The notes under the pieces were generated by a model, which searched no databases, was not told where the DNA came from, and was given only the letters and a program-made list of their open reading frames with translations. Made by a program: the position numbers and the translations under genes. A stretch of DNA of 58,637 bases from an uncultured Candidatus Binatia bacterium (GTDB lineage Bacteria > Desulfobacterota > Binatia > UBA1149). Each line of letters starts with the position of its first letter. Position 1 is the stretch's first letter. Shown one piece after another: positions 38,040 to 47,234 of this stretch. The DNA lies in NCBI GenBank assembly GCA_963579235.1, contig CAUZFM010000001.1, positions 1 through 58,637 on the forward strand. The letters are read 5' to 3'.

Positions 38040-41000
38040 GTGAGCGACGAACGAAAGTGGTTGTCGAGCCGTCACCTGGCCGACGACAGTGAGGGCGAAG
38101 CCGCGCTCGAGACGGTGGCTTCACTCCCACCCACCGACCGTGAAAAACTGTTGGCCACCGGCGACCTGCTGGCGCTTCGCTCGGTCACTCTGGCGCACTC
38201 CTTCCTGGTCGCGGCTGCCGCGGTAGCCCGTGACTCTCCCGCGCGCCTCCTCGACTGGCTGGCCGACACCATCACCCTTCTCGGGCAGGACCTCAAGCAG
38301 CGCGACGTAGCGTCCGCGTGGTTCGAGGCCAGCCGTTTTCTCTACCGCGAAGGCTCGCCGGTCGAACCCGCGCAGTGGCTGACCTGCTGCGCCTCACTGC
38401 TGGATCGCTCGCGTCGACTGGGCAGCGACTTTGCCGAGGCGACCACGCCGGCGCTGGAAAGCGGCACGGTAAACCCCACCGCCCTGCTCGCCTGGCGCGA
38501 CGCTACCCTCGAGCTGCTCGTAGACGGCGGTTGGCGAGAGGAAATGGCCGGCCGAGCGCTGGTGGAAACGATGCCCGGCCTGCTGGACGTGCTCGCCCCG
38601 GGGTCGGTGGACCACTGGAGTCGCTGCGTGTCGGCCCGCCAACCCGGCCGCCGCAAGGCTCCCCCCTGGCCGCCGCGACTCGCCAATGAACTCGCCTGCC
38701 TCGAAGCCTCGGAGCAGGAGCGCTGTCTCAAGCTCTGCGCTGACCTGTCCGCAGGTGACGCTCTCGCGGCGCGCGAACTGGTAAGCGCATTGCCGGCAGC
38801 CCTGAAATCACTTACCCCAGACTGTCGCCGTGCACTGTTCGAAGCCGTCGAAGAAACGCTTAAGGCGGCAACAGCGGCCGACGGACTGGCCGACGCGCTG
38901 CGCCTGCTGTCGGCCACCTTGCACGACCTCGACCAGGAGGACGCCTTGTTCTTGTTGTCGCGCGCACCCGCAGTGGCACGCCTGCTGCCCGCGGCGCTGC
39001 CCACCTACCTCAGATCCATGCACCGGGCGCTTGACGAGGGTGGGCGCGAGGGCGTCGAATTGTGGCTCGAGCAAGCGGGCGAGCTGGCCGACCGCGGCCA
39101 GGCGGCACTACTCGCCCACCTGGCCATACACACCAGGACAGCCCACAAGCTGCTCGTCGAGCACAGCGCGAGCATCCAGTTCGAAGAGATAGAAGGCCTC
39201 ATGCAACGCTACCTGCGCATGATGTCGCGCCGACATTTTCAACTCGTTGCGTCGACCGGCACCTGGCTGAGACCGCCCTTGTCGCCGGGCGATGAAACAA
39301 GCCTGCGCCTTCCCGAAAAGGTGAGCCTCTTCTCGAGCAGCGAAGATAACCTGCTCATGTACAAGCTCACCGTTGCCCACGTGGCCGGCCGCTGGGAGTA
39401 CGGCAGTTTTGACTTCAACATCGATCACTTCAAGAGCCTGGGCTGGTCGCCGCCCACCCTTGCAGGTCGTGAAAACAAGCCGGCCGACGAGTCGACGGGC
39501 CTCGCGGCCCTGCTCGAGTCCTACCCCAACCCGCTGCTCGCACACGGCCTGTTTGTGTTGCTCGACGGGGCGAGAATAGACGCCTGCCTGAGCCGCGAGT
39601 TTCCCGGCCTGGCCATCGACATGCAACGGCTGGGCGCCCACTACGCCAATAACCCACCGCCGCAGGCGGCCGATCGCCCGGCCGACCTGCTGCTCGAAGC
39701 GCTGTTTCATCTCACCGTGGGCGGGTTTAAACGCGGAGACCTGGAGCCGCGACTGTCCCGCTCGGCCGCGACCCTGGCCGAACCGCTACGGCGACTCCGC
39801 CATCCCGAAGCGAGCGTGTATGACAGCGCGACGCTGTTTGCCGCCCTCTACCCATTGCTCGCCCTGGCCGACTCGAGGGCCGAGGACCCCGACGACCCAG
39901 ACAACTTCATCGAGCTGGGCGGGGCGACTATTCTCGACCCCGGCGACATGGGCGAGGACCCCGCTCGCCCCATGCCCGGCGCGGCGGGTGACGACAAGGC
40001 CAAGGCCGGCCCCGACGACGGTGAATCCCTGGACCTGGGTGAGCGCGAGCTGCAACTGTCCGATACCGACGGTGACGACGAGGCTCCCGGTACGGCACTG
40101 AGCACTGACGAAATCCGCCGCCTGCTCGAGCAAGCCGATTCTCTAAAGCTTTCCGAGTCGCACGGTAGCGAGCAACCGGGGCTGGGACTCTACATCACGG
40201 ACCTGCTGGGGAAGCTCCCCTCGGATTCGCTGCGCGAACTGCGTGCCATGATGAATCGCGGCGACACGGCCGCCGTGCGTGACTGGCTACGCGAACAGGT
40301 GCACACCGACAGTTATCTCTACGACGAGTGGGACTACCAGGTGTCGGACTACCGCCGCCAGTGGTGTAGCCTGCAGGAGACCAGCATCGAGGGCGACGGC
40401 GGCCACTACTATCTCGAGGTCATCGGCCGCTCGGGCGAGCTGCTCTCGCAGGTGCGGCAGGAATTCAATCGCATGAAACCCGAGCAGTACCGCAAGGTAC
40501 GCGGCATGGAAGACGGCCACGACTTCGACCTCAACGCCCTGGTCGACGCCCGGGCCGAGCTTAAGTCGCGTAGGTCGCCCACTGATCGCTTCTATATCTC
40601 CCGTCGCCGCGAAGAACGCGACGTGGCAACCTTGTTCCTGGTCGACATGAGTGCGTCTACCGATGAACCCCTGGCCGACAGCGAGGGCGAGCCACGCCTG
40701 GTCATAGACCTCATCAAGGAAACCCTGGTGGTGCTTTCCGAGGTGCTCGGCGACATCGGCGACTCCTGGGCCATCTACGGATTTTCGGGTAACGGCCGAC
40801 ACAACGTGGAGTACTACCAGGTCAAGTCTTTCGTCGAGACCATGGGGCCCATGGTGAAGGGTCGCATAGGCGCCATCCAGCCCCGTCGCTCAACGCGCAT
40901 GGGCACCGCGCTGAGACACTCGGCCGACAAGCTGGCCCGCGTGAGCGCGCGCTCCCGCCACCTGATACTTCTCAGCGACGGGTTTCCGCAGGACAGCGAC

Positions 41001-41225
41001 TACGGCGAAGACCGACGCTCAAACACCTACGGCATACGCGACACGGCCATGGCCCTGCAGGAGCTGGAGCGCTCGGGCGTGGGCAGCTTCTGCATAACCA
41101 TAGACCCCTCGGGACACGACTACCTGCGCGACATGTGCCCCGGCGCGCGCTACTCGGTCATAGACGACATAAGATCGCTGCCCGGCGAGCTGCCGCGCGT
41201 GTACCGCCGCGTTACCCGCGCGTGA
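38040..41225 (+). CDS. NorD/CbbO-like protein with C-terminal von Willebrand factor A domain (1061 aa)
   Basis: C-terminal ~200 aa carry MIDAS LFLVDMSASTD, AIYGFSGNGR, RSTRMGTALRH, LILLSDGFPQDSDY, FCITIDPSGHDYL and LPGELPRVYRRVT. The N-terminal ~800 aa are unassigned and Leu/Ala-rich. Confidence 0.8.
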   Translation: MSDERKWLSSRHLADDSEGEAALETVASLPPTDREKLLATGDLLALRSVTLAHSFLVAAAAVARDSPARLLDWLADTITLLGQDLKQRDVASAWFEASRFLYREGSPVEPAQWLTCCASLLDRSRRLGSDFAEATTPALESGTVNPTALLAWRDATLELLVDGGWREEMAGRALVETMPGLLDVLAPGSVDHWSRCVSARQPGRRKAPPWPPRLANELACLEASEQERCLKLCADLSAGDALAARELVSALPAALKSLTPDCRRALFEAVEETLKAATAADGLADALRLLSATLHDLDQEDALFLLSRAPAVARLLPAALPTYLRSMHRALDEGGREGVELWLEQAGELADRGQAALLAHLAIHTRTAHKLLVEHSASIQFEEIEGLMQRYLRMMSRRHFQLVASTGTWLRPPLSPGDETSLRLPEKVSLFSSSEDNLLMYKLTVAHVAGRWEYGSFDFNIDHFKSLGWSPPTLAGRENKPADESTGLAALLESYPNPLLAHGLFVLLDGARIDACLSREFPGLAIDMQRLGAHYANNPPPQAADRPADLLLEALFHLTVGGFKRGDLEPRLSRSAATLAEPLRRLRHPEASVYDSATLFAALYPLLALADSRAEDPDDPDNFIELGGATILDPGDMGEDPARPMPGAAGDDKAKAGPDDGESLDLGERELQLSDTDGDDEAPGTALSTDEIRRLLEQADSLKLSESHGSEQPGLGLYITDLLGKLPSDSLRELRAMMNRGDTAAVRDWLREQVHTDSYLYDEWDYQVSDYRRQWCSLQETSIEGDGGHYYLEVIGRSGELLSQVRQEFNRMKPEQYRKVRGMEDGHDFDLNALVDARAELKSRRSPTDRFYISRRREERDVATLFLVDMSASTDEPLADSEGEPRLVIDLIKETLVVLSEVLGDIGDSWAIYGFSGNGRHNVEYYQVKSFVETMGPMVKGRIGAIQPRRSTRMGTALRHSADKLARVSARSRHLILLSDGFPQDSDYGEDRRSNTYGIRDTAMALQELERSGVGSFCITIDPSGHDYLRDMCPGARYSVIDDIRSLPGELPRVYRRVTRA

Positions 41226-41230
41226 GCGTC

Positions 41231-41926
41231 TCAGCGACTCTTGCCCACACCCAGGCGCGGACAAAACCTGGCCACTGGGCACTCGCTGCATTTTGGCGAA
41301 ATCGGTCGACACACGGTCTGGCCGAAAGCCACGAGCAGGTCGTTGTACTCGTGCCAGTAACGCCGGGGTAGTTTTGCCCGCAGCGCCATCTCGGTCTTCT
41401 CGGGCGTGCGCGTTGACACGTAGCCCCAGATATTCGAGATGCGGTGCACGTGGGTGTCCACGCACATGGCCGGCTTGCCGTAACCCGAGGTCAGAACCAG
41501 GTTGGCCGTCTTGCGGCCCACGCCCTTGAAGGTGAGCAGCGTGTCGATGTCGTCGGGCACGCGGCCGCCGTGATCCTCGACTATCCGTCGGCACATCTCT
41601 ACCAGTTGCGGGGCCTTGGTCTTGTAGAACCCAACCGGGTAGATCGCCTCACGCACCACCGCCGGGTCGGCCCGAGCGAGACTTTCTATGTCGGGGGCCA
41701 ACGCGAACAGTCGCCGACTGGCCTCCGATGTGACTCCGTCCTGGGTGCGCAAGCTCAGGATGCAGGAAGCCAGTACGCGGTAAGGGTCGCGCGTGGTCTC
41801 GGCTATGAGCGTGACCACCGGAGCGTCCCAACCCACGTAGGCGTCGCGCAAACGCTTAAGGACATGGGGCATGCGCCTTGTGGTCAGCGGCTCGATAGTC
41901 GCCCCTGTGGTTGCCGTAGCGGTCAC
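41231..41926 (-). CDS. nth: Endonuclease III (HhH-GPD DNA glycosylase/AP lyase with 4Fe-4S)
   Basis: LTFKGVGRKTANLVL, VDTHVHRISNIWG and C-terminal CRPISPKCSECPVARFC. Confidence 0.92.
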   Translation of the reverse strand: MTATATTGATIEPLTTRRMPHVLKRLRDAYVGWDAPVVTLIAETTRDPYRVLASCILSLRTQDGVTSEASRRLFALAPDIESLARADPAVVREAIYPVGFYKTKAPQLVEMCRRIVEDHGGRVPDDIDTLLTFKGVGRKTANLVLTSGYGKPAMCVDTHVHRISNIWGYVSTRTPEKTEMALRAKLPRRYWHEYNDLLVAFGQTVCRPISPKCSECPVARFCPRLGVGKSR

Positions 41927-42069
41927 CTGGGACGAATAAGTTCACAGATCCACGATTGCAAACCCCCATAAGGGGGGGTCGCGCGCTAAATCACTGGACA
42001 AAACACCCTCATCCTTTCTATAGTCTGCAGTGGCCCTGCCCTCGCAGGTAACCCGGGAGCTTGTACCGC

Positions 42070-43770
42070 ATGAAGACCGTCCACCCCAAGAACGCCGCAG
42101 CCCTTCTGGGCCTTTTTATTTTTGTTGCCCTGGCCGCCGCACCCGCCGCCTTTGCGGCGCCGGACTCTGAGACCAAGTGCAAAATTAACAAGCTCAAGCA
42201 GGCCGGTAAGGCCGGTCTGTGCAGGCTCAAGGCCGAGGCCAAGGCCGAGACCAAAGGCACCGCCGCCGATGTGGCCAAGTGTGCGAGCAAGCTGGCCTCA
42301 GCTTTTGCCAAGGTCGAAACCAAGGAGCAGTGCCGCGCGGGTGGCACCGTGGCCGCGGTGGAGCCCAGGCTCGAGTTGGTCGCTTCGCAGGTTACGCTCG
42401 AGTTGGTCGGAAACGGCGACTCGACCAAGACCGCATCAAAGTGCCGTGCGGCCAAGCTCAAGGCTTCCGGTAAACAGCTGTCTTGCGTTCTCAAGGCCCA
42501 GTCCAAGGCCGAAGCCAAGGGTGCCGCGCCCGACTTTACCAAGTGTGACTCCAAGTTCGCGGCCAGTTTCCAGAAAGCCGAAACCAAGGCCGGCGGCCAG
42601 TGCCCTTCAACGGGAGACACCGCCGCCGTGTCGGCCCACGTTGACGACGCCTACATTGAGATCGAAGCTGACCTGGCCGACCTCGGCGTAGAAGACTTCG
42701 CCGAGCTGCGTGAATACGGCGTGGGCAACAAGTCACTCACCCTGGTAGACAGCAGCAGGACGGTGCCCGCCAACGGTATTTTCCCCGGTGCCGCCGAACG
42801 CAGCCTGGAAGTAGAGATCTGGTACCCGTCCACAATCTCGCCGGTGTTCGGGCAGTTTGTGAACGCCCCCCTGCAGACCTCCGGTACTCCGTGGCCGGTG
42901 GTGGTGCGCGCGCACGGTTTCGGTGGAGTCAACACCGATTCGGCCGGCCTCACCCGCCACCTGGCCAGCCGTGGCTACATAGTAATAGCCCCCAACTTTC
43001 CGCTGTCGTGGTTGTTTGCCCCCGGTGGTTCGACGCTTCTCGACCTGGCTAACCAGGCGCTGGACCTCTCCTTCTTGCTCGACAGCCTCGAGGCCATGAA
43101 CGCCGACCCCGTTGATTTCTTCTACGGGGCGATAGACACCAGCCGCGTGGGTGCAACCGGTCACTCGCTGGGCGGAGCCACCGTACTGCTGTCGGGCTAC
43201 CACGTGGATCTCGTAGACCCGCGCATAGACGCCGTGGTGGCGCTCGCTCCCCTTGCCTGCGTGTTTGCCGAGACCTTTTACGACGGCGGCAGTGCACCGC
43301 TGATGATACTGGGCGGCGACGCGGACCTGATCACGCCCTACAACAGCAACCAGGCCGTGCCCTACACGCTGGCCGACCCGAGCAAGTTCCTGGTGACCCT
43401 GGACGGCGGCACCCACATGAGCTTCTCCGACAGGCTCACCTTCGGCCCCGAAGAAAACGGCGACGAGGGAATCTGCACCGGCTTTTTTCTCCAACCCGGT
43501 GACCCGAGACCCCTGCCGGCCAGTGGTAGCTTCGACCCAAGCTTTCTCGGCGGTGCCGCCGCCGGGATAGACACCACGGGATCGGCCTGCGAGCCGATCT
43601 GCCCTCTGCCCCCGCCCACGCACATGTTTTTTGACCGCCAGCACGAACTCACGCGCGCGGCGACGCTGGCGTTCTTTGAGATGCAGATCCACGGTGGGGT
43701 TTCGGCTGCTCGCCTGGTGCGCACCGGCCTCGACAGCGCCACGGACGTCACTGTGCTTACGGCCGAGTAG
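42070..43770 (+). CDS. Secreted alpha/beta hydrolase (lipase / PAF-acetylhydrolase / dienelactone-hydrolase-like) with a duplicated Cys/Lys/Ala-rich N-terminal module
   Basis: Signal peptide ...AAPAAFA-AP, VVRAHGFGG, nucleophile elbow GATGHSLGG, GGDADLITP and GGTHMSF. The start is taken at ATG (MKTVHPK). Confidence 0.75.
   Translation: MKTVHPKNAAALLGLFIFVALAAAPAAFAAPDSETKCKINKLKQAGKAGLCRLKAEAKAETKGTAADVAKCASKLASAFAKVETKEQCRAGGTVAAVEPRLELVASQVTLELVGNGDSTKTASKCRAAKLKASGKQLSCVLKAQSKAEAKGAAPDFTKCDSKFAASFQKAETKAGGQCPSTGDTAAVSAHVDDAYIEIEADLADLGVEDFAELREYGVGNKSLTLVDSSRTVPANGIFPGAAERSLEVEIWYPSTISPVFGQFVNAPLQTSGTPWPVVVRAHGFGGVNTDSAGLTRHLASRGYIVIAPNFPLSWLFAPGGSTLLDLANQALDLSFLLDSLEAMNADPVDFFYGAIDTSRVGATGHSLGGATVLLSGYHVDLVDPRIDAVVALAPLACVFAETFYDGGSAPLMILGGDADLITPYNSNQAVPYTLADPSKFLVTLDGGTHMSFSDRLTFGPEENGDEGICTGFFLQPGDPRPLPASGSFDPSFLGGAAAGIDTTGSACEPICPLPPPTHMFFDRQHELTRAATLAFFEMQIHGGVSAARLVRTGLDSATDVTVLTAE
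42175..42645 (+). repeat. Two ~70-aa 4-Cys modules (88-aa period) within the hydrolase N-terminus
   Basis: KCKINKLKQAGKAGLCRLKAEAKAETKGTAADVAKCASKLASAFAKVETKEQC aligns with KCRAAKLKASGKQLSCVLKAQSKAEAKGAAPDFTKCDSKFAASFQKAETKAGGQC. Confidence 0.75.
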
Positions 43771-43850
43771 CGTAGAGGCTTCCGGCTCAAACGCGTCTAC
43801 TTTGACTCAGGCTGGCAGGCGTGGGATTCGTCGCGACGGGGTAAACTACC

Positions 43851-44654
43851 TTGTCCAACGAAGCCAACAGCTACCAGAACATCAACTACCAGGTCTCAGA
43901 GGGAATCGCGCGGCTGACGCTCGACCGCCCCGAAGCGATGAACTCGCTTGACCTGCCAACCTGCCGCGAACTGTCAGACGTAGCCATACGCATAGACGAA
44001 GACCCCGCCGCGAGGTGCGTGCTCATAAGCGGCACGGGCAAGGCCTTCTGCGCGGGCGGAGACGTGGCCGCCTTCGCGTCGGCAGGCGACAAGGCCCCTG
44101 CCCTGCTCAAGGAGATGACCGGCTTCATGCACTCGGCCTGGTCGCGACTGCTACGAGGCGACGCCCCGGTGGTTACCGCGGTCAACGGCGTGGCGGCCGG
44201 TGCCGGCCTGGCCCTGGCCGGGCTGTCCGACCTCGTCGTGGCCGCGCGCTCGGCACGCTTCACCATGGCCTACACAGGCGTCGGCCTAACACCGGATGGC
44301 AGCTCCACCTACTTCTTGAGCCGCCTGGTCGGCCTGCGACGGGCCCAGGAGCTGGTGCTCACCAACCGTGTGCTGTCGGCCGACGAGGCGCTCGACTGGG
44401 GATTGGTCACACGCGTGGTCGACGACGAAGAACTCGCGCAGGAAGCCGACAAGCTCGCTGCAAAACTTGCTGCCGGACCCACCCTGGCCTACGGCCGCAG
44501 CAGGGCACTGCTGCTGTCAGGACTGCAGGAATCGCTCGAGACACAGATGGAGCTGGAGGCGAGGGCCATCGCCGACTCGGGCCGCACGGCCGACTTTCGC
44601 GCGGGCGTGGATGCCTTCGTCAACAAGAAACGACCAAGCTTCTCAGGAAACTGA
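43851..44654 (+). CDS. Enoyl-CoA hydratase/isomerase (crotonase) family protein
   Basis: 267 aa with [40 protein letters not shown] and AF.NKR.P at the C-terminus. Confidence 0.85.
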   Translation: MSNEANSYQNINYQVSEGIARLTLDRPEAMNSLDLPTCRELSDVAIRIDEDPAARCVLISGTGKAFCAGGDVAAFASAGDKAPALLKEMTGFMHSAWSRLLRGDAPVVTAVNGVAAGAGLALAGLSDLVVAARSARFTMAYTGVGLTPDGSSTYFLSRLVGLRRAQELVLTNRVLSADEALDWGLVTRVVDDEELAQEADKLAAKLAAGPTLAYGRSRALLLSGLQESLETQMELEARAIADSGRTADFRAGVDAFVNKKRPSFSGN

Positions 44655-44655
44655 C

Positions 44656-45531
44656 ATGACAAATTGGAAACAACGCAAGACCTTCACCGAAATCAACGGC
44701 CTGACCATGGCCCACGTGGAGCAGGGCGAGGGCGACCCCATAGTGCTGCTGCACGGCAACCCGACGTCTTCTTACCTGTGGCGTGACGTCATGCCTCCGC
44801 TCGAGGGACTCGGTCGCTTGATAGCGCCCGACCTCGTAGGCATGGGCGACTCCGACAAGCTGCCCGAGAGCGGACCCGACCACTACACCTTCGTGGAGCA
44901 CCGCGAATACCTCGATGCATTACTCGAGACCCTGGGCGTGACCGAGAACGTGACGCTGGTGGTCCACGACTGGGGTTCGGCTCTGGGTTTTGACTGGGCC
45001 CGCCGCCACCCCGAAGCGGTGAAGGGCATCGCCTACATGGAAGCCATAGTAATGCCTCTCACCTGGGACGAGTGGCCCGACGCGGCCCGCGGCGTCTTCC
45101 AGGGCTTCCGCTCGGAAGCGGGCGAAGACATGGTCCTCGAACAAAACGTCTTCGTTGAGCAGGTGCTGCCCGGCTCCATACTGCGCGACCTCAGCGATGA
45201 AGAAATGGCCGAATACCGTCGACCTTTTGCCCAGGCGGGTGAAAGCCGAAGGCCAACTCTGACCTGGCCACGACAGATTCCGCTGGCGGGCGAACCCGCC
45301 GACGTGGTCGAAATCGCCGCCAACTACGGCCAGTGGCTCACCACTTGCGACATCCCCAAGCTCTTCGTCAACGCCGAGCCGGGGGCCATCCTGGTCGGTG
45401 CGGCACGCGATTTCTGCCGCGGCTGGAATAACCAGGAAGAAGTCACCGTCAAGGGCTCGCACTTCGTGCAGGAAGACTCGGGCGAAGAAATAGGCAGCGC
45501 CGTGGCCGACTGGATCAAGCGCCGGGCCTGA
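44656..45531 (+). CDS. Haloalkane dehalogenase (HLD-II-type alpha/beta hydrolase)
   Basis: [33 protein letters not shown] (Asp nucleophile, Trp) and GSHFVQED (His). The start is taken at ATG 44656. The track N-terminal extension overlaps the crotonase gene. Confidence 0.88.
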   Translation: MTNWKQRKTFTEINGLTMAHVEQGEGDPIVLLHGNPTSSYLWRDVMPPLEGLGRLIAPDLVGMGDSDKLPESGPDHYTFVEHREYLDALLETLGVTENVTLVVHDWGSALGFDWARRHPEAVKGIAYMEAIVMPLTWDEWPDAARGVFQGFRSEAGEDMVLEQNVFVEQVLPGSILRDLSDEEMAEYRRPFAQAGESRRPTLTWPRQIPLAGEPADVVEIAANYGQWLTTCDIPKLFVNAEPGAILVGAARDFCRGWNNQEEVTVKGSHFVQEDSGEEIGSAVADWIKRRA

Positions 45532-45537
45532 CCACCC

Positions 45538-46524
45538 ATGCAGCCCACCAAGCTTGGAATCATCGGACTGGGCCGCCACGGCAGCCGCTACGCGCGCCAC
45601 GCGGCGCAAGACGTGGCGAATCTCGATCTCACCGTGGTGTGCCGACGCAACGCGGCAGCCGGCCAGTCGTTGGCCCGCGAATACGATTGCCGCTGGACCG
45701 ATGATGCGCAGGAGCTGATAGAAAGTAGCGACGTCGAAGCGGTGGTGCTTGTCACGGTGCCCTCGTTGTTACCCGACCTGGTCACGCGCGTGGCCGAACT
45801 GGGGAAACCACTGCTAGTAGAAAAGCCCGTGTCCCCTACGCTGGACGACGGCCGTCGCATGCTGGCGAGCATCGAATCAGCGGACCTCCACTGCCTGGCC
45901 GGCCACACGCTGCGCTTCAACTCAGTGTGCCGGGCAATGCGCGAAGCGATCGACAAGGTGGGCCGCCTCGACACGCTCACCTTCAGCCAGCGTTTTCCGC
46001 CGCAGCTGCAACTCGATTGGCTCGATGATCCGGCGAGATCGGGCGGCGGCAACATCATGCACACCGGTGTTCACTGCTTCGACCTCCTGCGCTGGTTCAC
46101 CGGCCTCGAGGTATCCTCGGTAGCCTGCTCAATGCGCAGCGCAGTGACCACCGACACCGAGGACAACTTCGTCGCCTCGCTGCAGCTCTCAAACGGCAGA
46201 ACCCTGGCCCAGGTCAACTGTTCGCGAAGCAGCAACAGTCGCAACGGCCTGATCGAAATATCCGGCGAGCACGGCCAACTAGTGGGCGATCACGTGCTGG
46301 GCACGCTCCACTTTCTGGGCCCCGATGGCCCGAGCGAGCTCACGCCAGACGCGCCGGTGATGACCGTGCCCGCCATACTCGAGGCCTTTGCCGCCGGCGT
46401 GGGGGGCAAGCAGGACGCCTCGGCCGCCGCCAGTTACCGTGACGGGCTGGCCGCGGTGGCCGTGGCCGAGGCCTGCTACCGCTCGGTGTCCAGCGGCCGT
46501 TTTGAAGACGTAGCCGCAATCTGA
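45538..46524 (+). CDS. Gfo/Idh/MocA-family NAD(P)-dependent oxidoreductase
   Basis: LGIIGLGRHGSRYARH Rossmann N-terminus, and LLVEKPVS (EKP motif). Confidence 0.85.
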   Translation: MQPTKLGIIGLGRHGSRYARHAAQDVANLDLTVVCRRNAAAGQSLAREYDCRWTDDAQELIESSDVEAVVLVTVPSLLPDLVTRVAELGKPLLVEKPVSPTLDDGRRMLASIESADLHCLAGHTLRFNSVCRAMREAIDKVGRLDTLTFSQRFPPQLQLDWLDDPARSGGGNIMHTGVHCFDLLRWFTGLEVSSVACSMRSAVTTDTEDNFVASLQLSNGRTLAQVNCSRSSNSRNGLIEISGEHGQLVGDHVLGTLHFLGPDGPSELTPDAPVMTVPAILEAFAAGVGGKQDASAAASYRDGLAAVAVAEACYRSVSSGRFEDVAAI

Positions 46525-46540
46525 AACCTGCGTCGGCCTG

Positions 46541-47182
46541 TTGGCGTTTCTGAAAAACGACCACGAGTCTTACCCCGGCGCCTGCGCTCGTGTATCATTC
46601 GTGTCACGGCTCGCGGGAGAGCTCTGTAGCAGCGTGGACAAGCAACTCGAACATCTCTCCAGTAAGTACGGTGCACCCAGGCAGCTTACCCTCGAGCTGC
46701 CTTCGCTGGATTTTCCGCCGGTTTCGCGGCGACGCCACGGCGAAGTCTGCATGGCCATCCTACGGCCCAGCGGGGGCTTCCTGCTGCAGACCAAGGCCAG
46801 CTACCCTGGCTCGGTCATGCGCCTTCCCACCGGCGGTATACAGAAAGGCGAGGCGATAGAAGACGCACTGCTGCGAGAAATATGGGAGGAGACCAACCTC
46901 GAGGTAGACGTGGCCCGCTTCGTGGCCGCCATTCGTTACAGCGACAGCAAGCGCGTGTCGAGGTTCTGTACCTACCTGTTTTTCACCCGCGAAACCTCGG
47001 GTGTGCTACAGAGCAACGACCCCGGCGAGAAAATAACCGAGTGGGTGGAGGCCAAGCCGGCCGAGCTGCCCGACTACGCCAGCAAGCTGCGAGACATCGT
47101 CCCGTCCTGGTCAAACTGGGGCAGGTTCAGGGCCATGGCCATGGACGTGCTGCTCGAAGACTGCAACAACCACGGCCTGTAA
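46541..47182 (+). CDS. NUDIX hydrolase
   Basis: Nudix box GGIQKGEAIEDALLREIWEETNLEV. The start codon is uncertain (alternative start in the track). Confidence 0.8.
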   Translation: MAFLKNDHESYPGACARVSFVSRLAGELCSSVDKQLEHLSSKYGAPRQLTLELPSLDFPPVSRRRHGEVCMAILRPSGGFLLQTKASYPGSVMRLPTGGIQKGEAIEDALLREIWEETNLEVDVARFVAAIRYSDSKRVSRFCTYLFFTRETSGVLQSNDPGEKITEWVEAKPAELPDYASKLRDIVPSWSNWGRFRAMAMDVLLEDCNNHGL

Positions 47183-47234
47183 CCGCTGGCGGCCAGTTTG
47201 TACCGCCCGGGGAAACCGGCCCGAAGAAGTCAGT

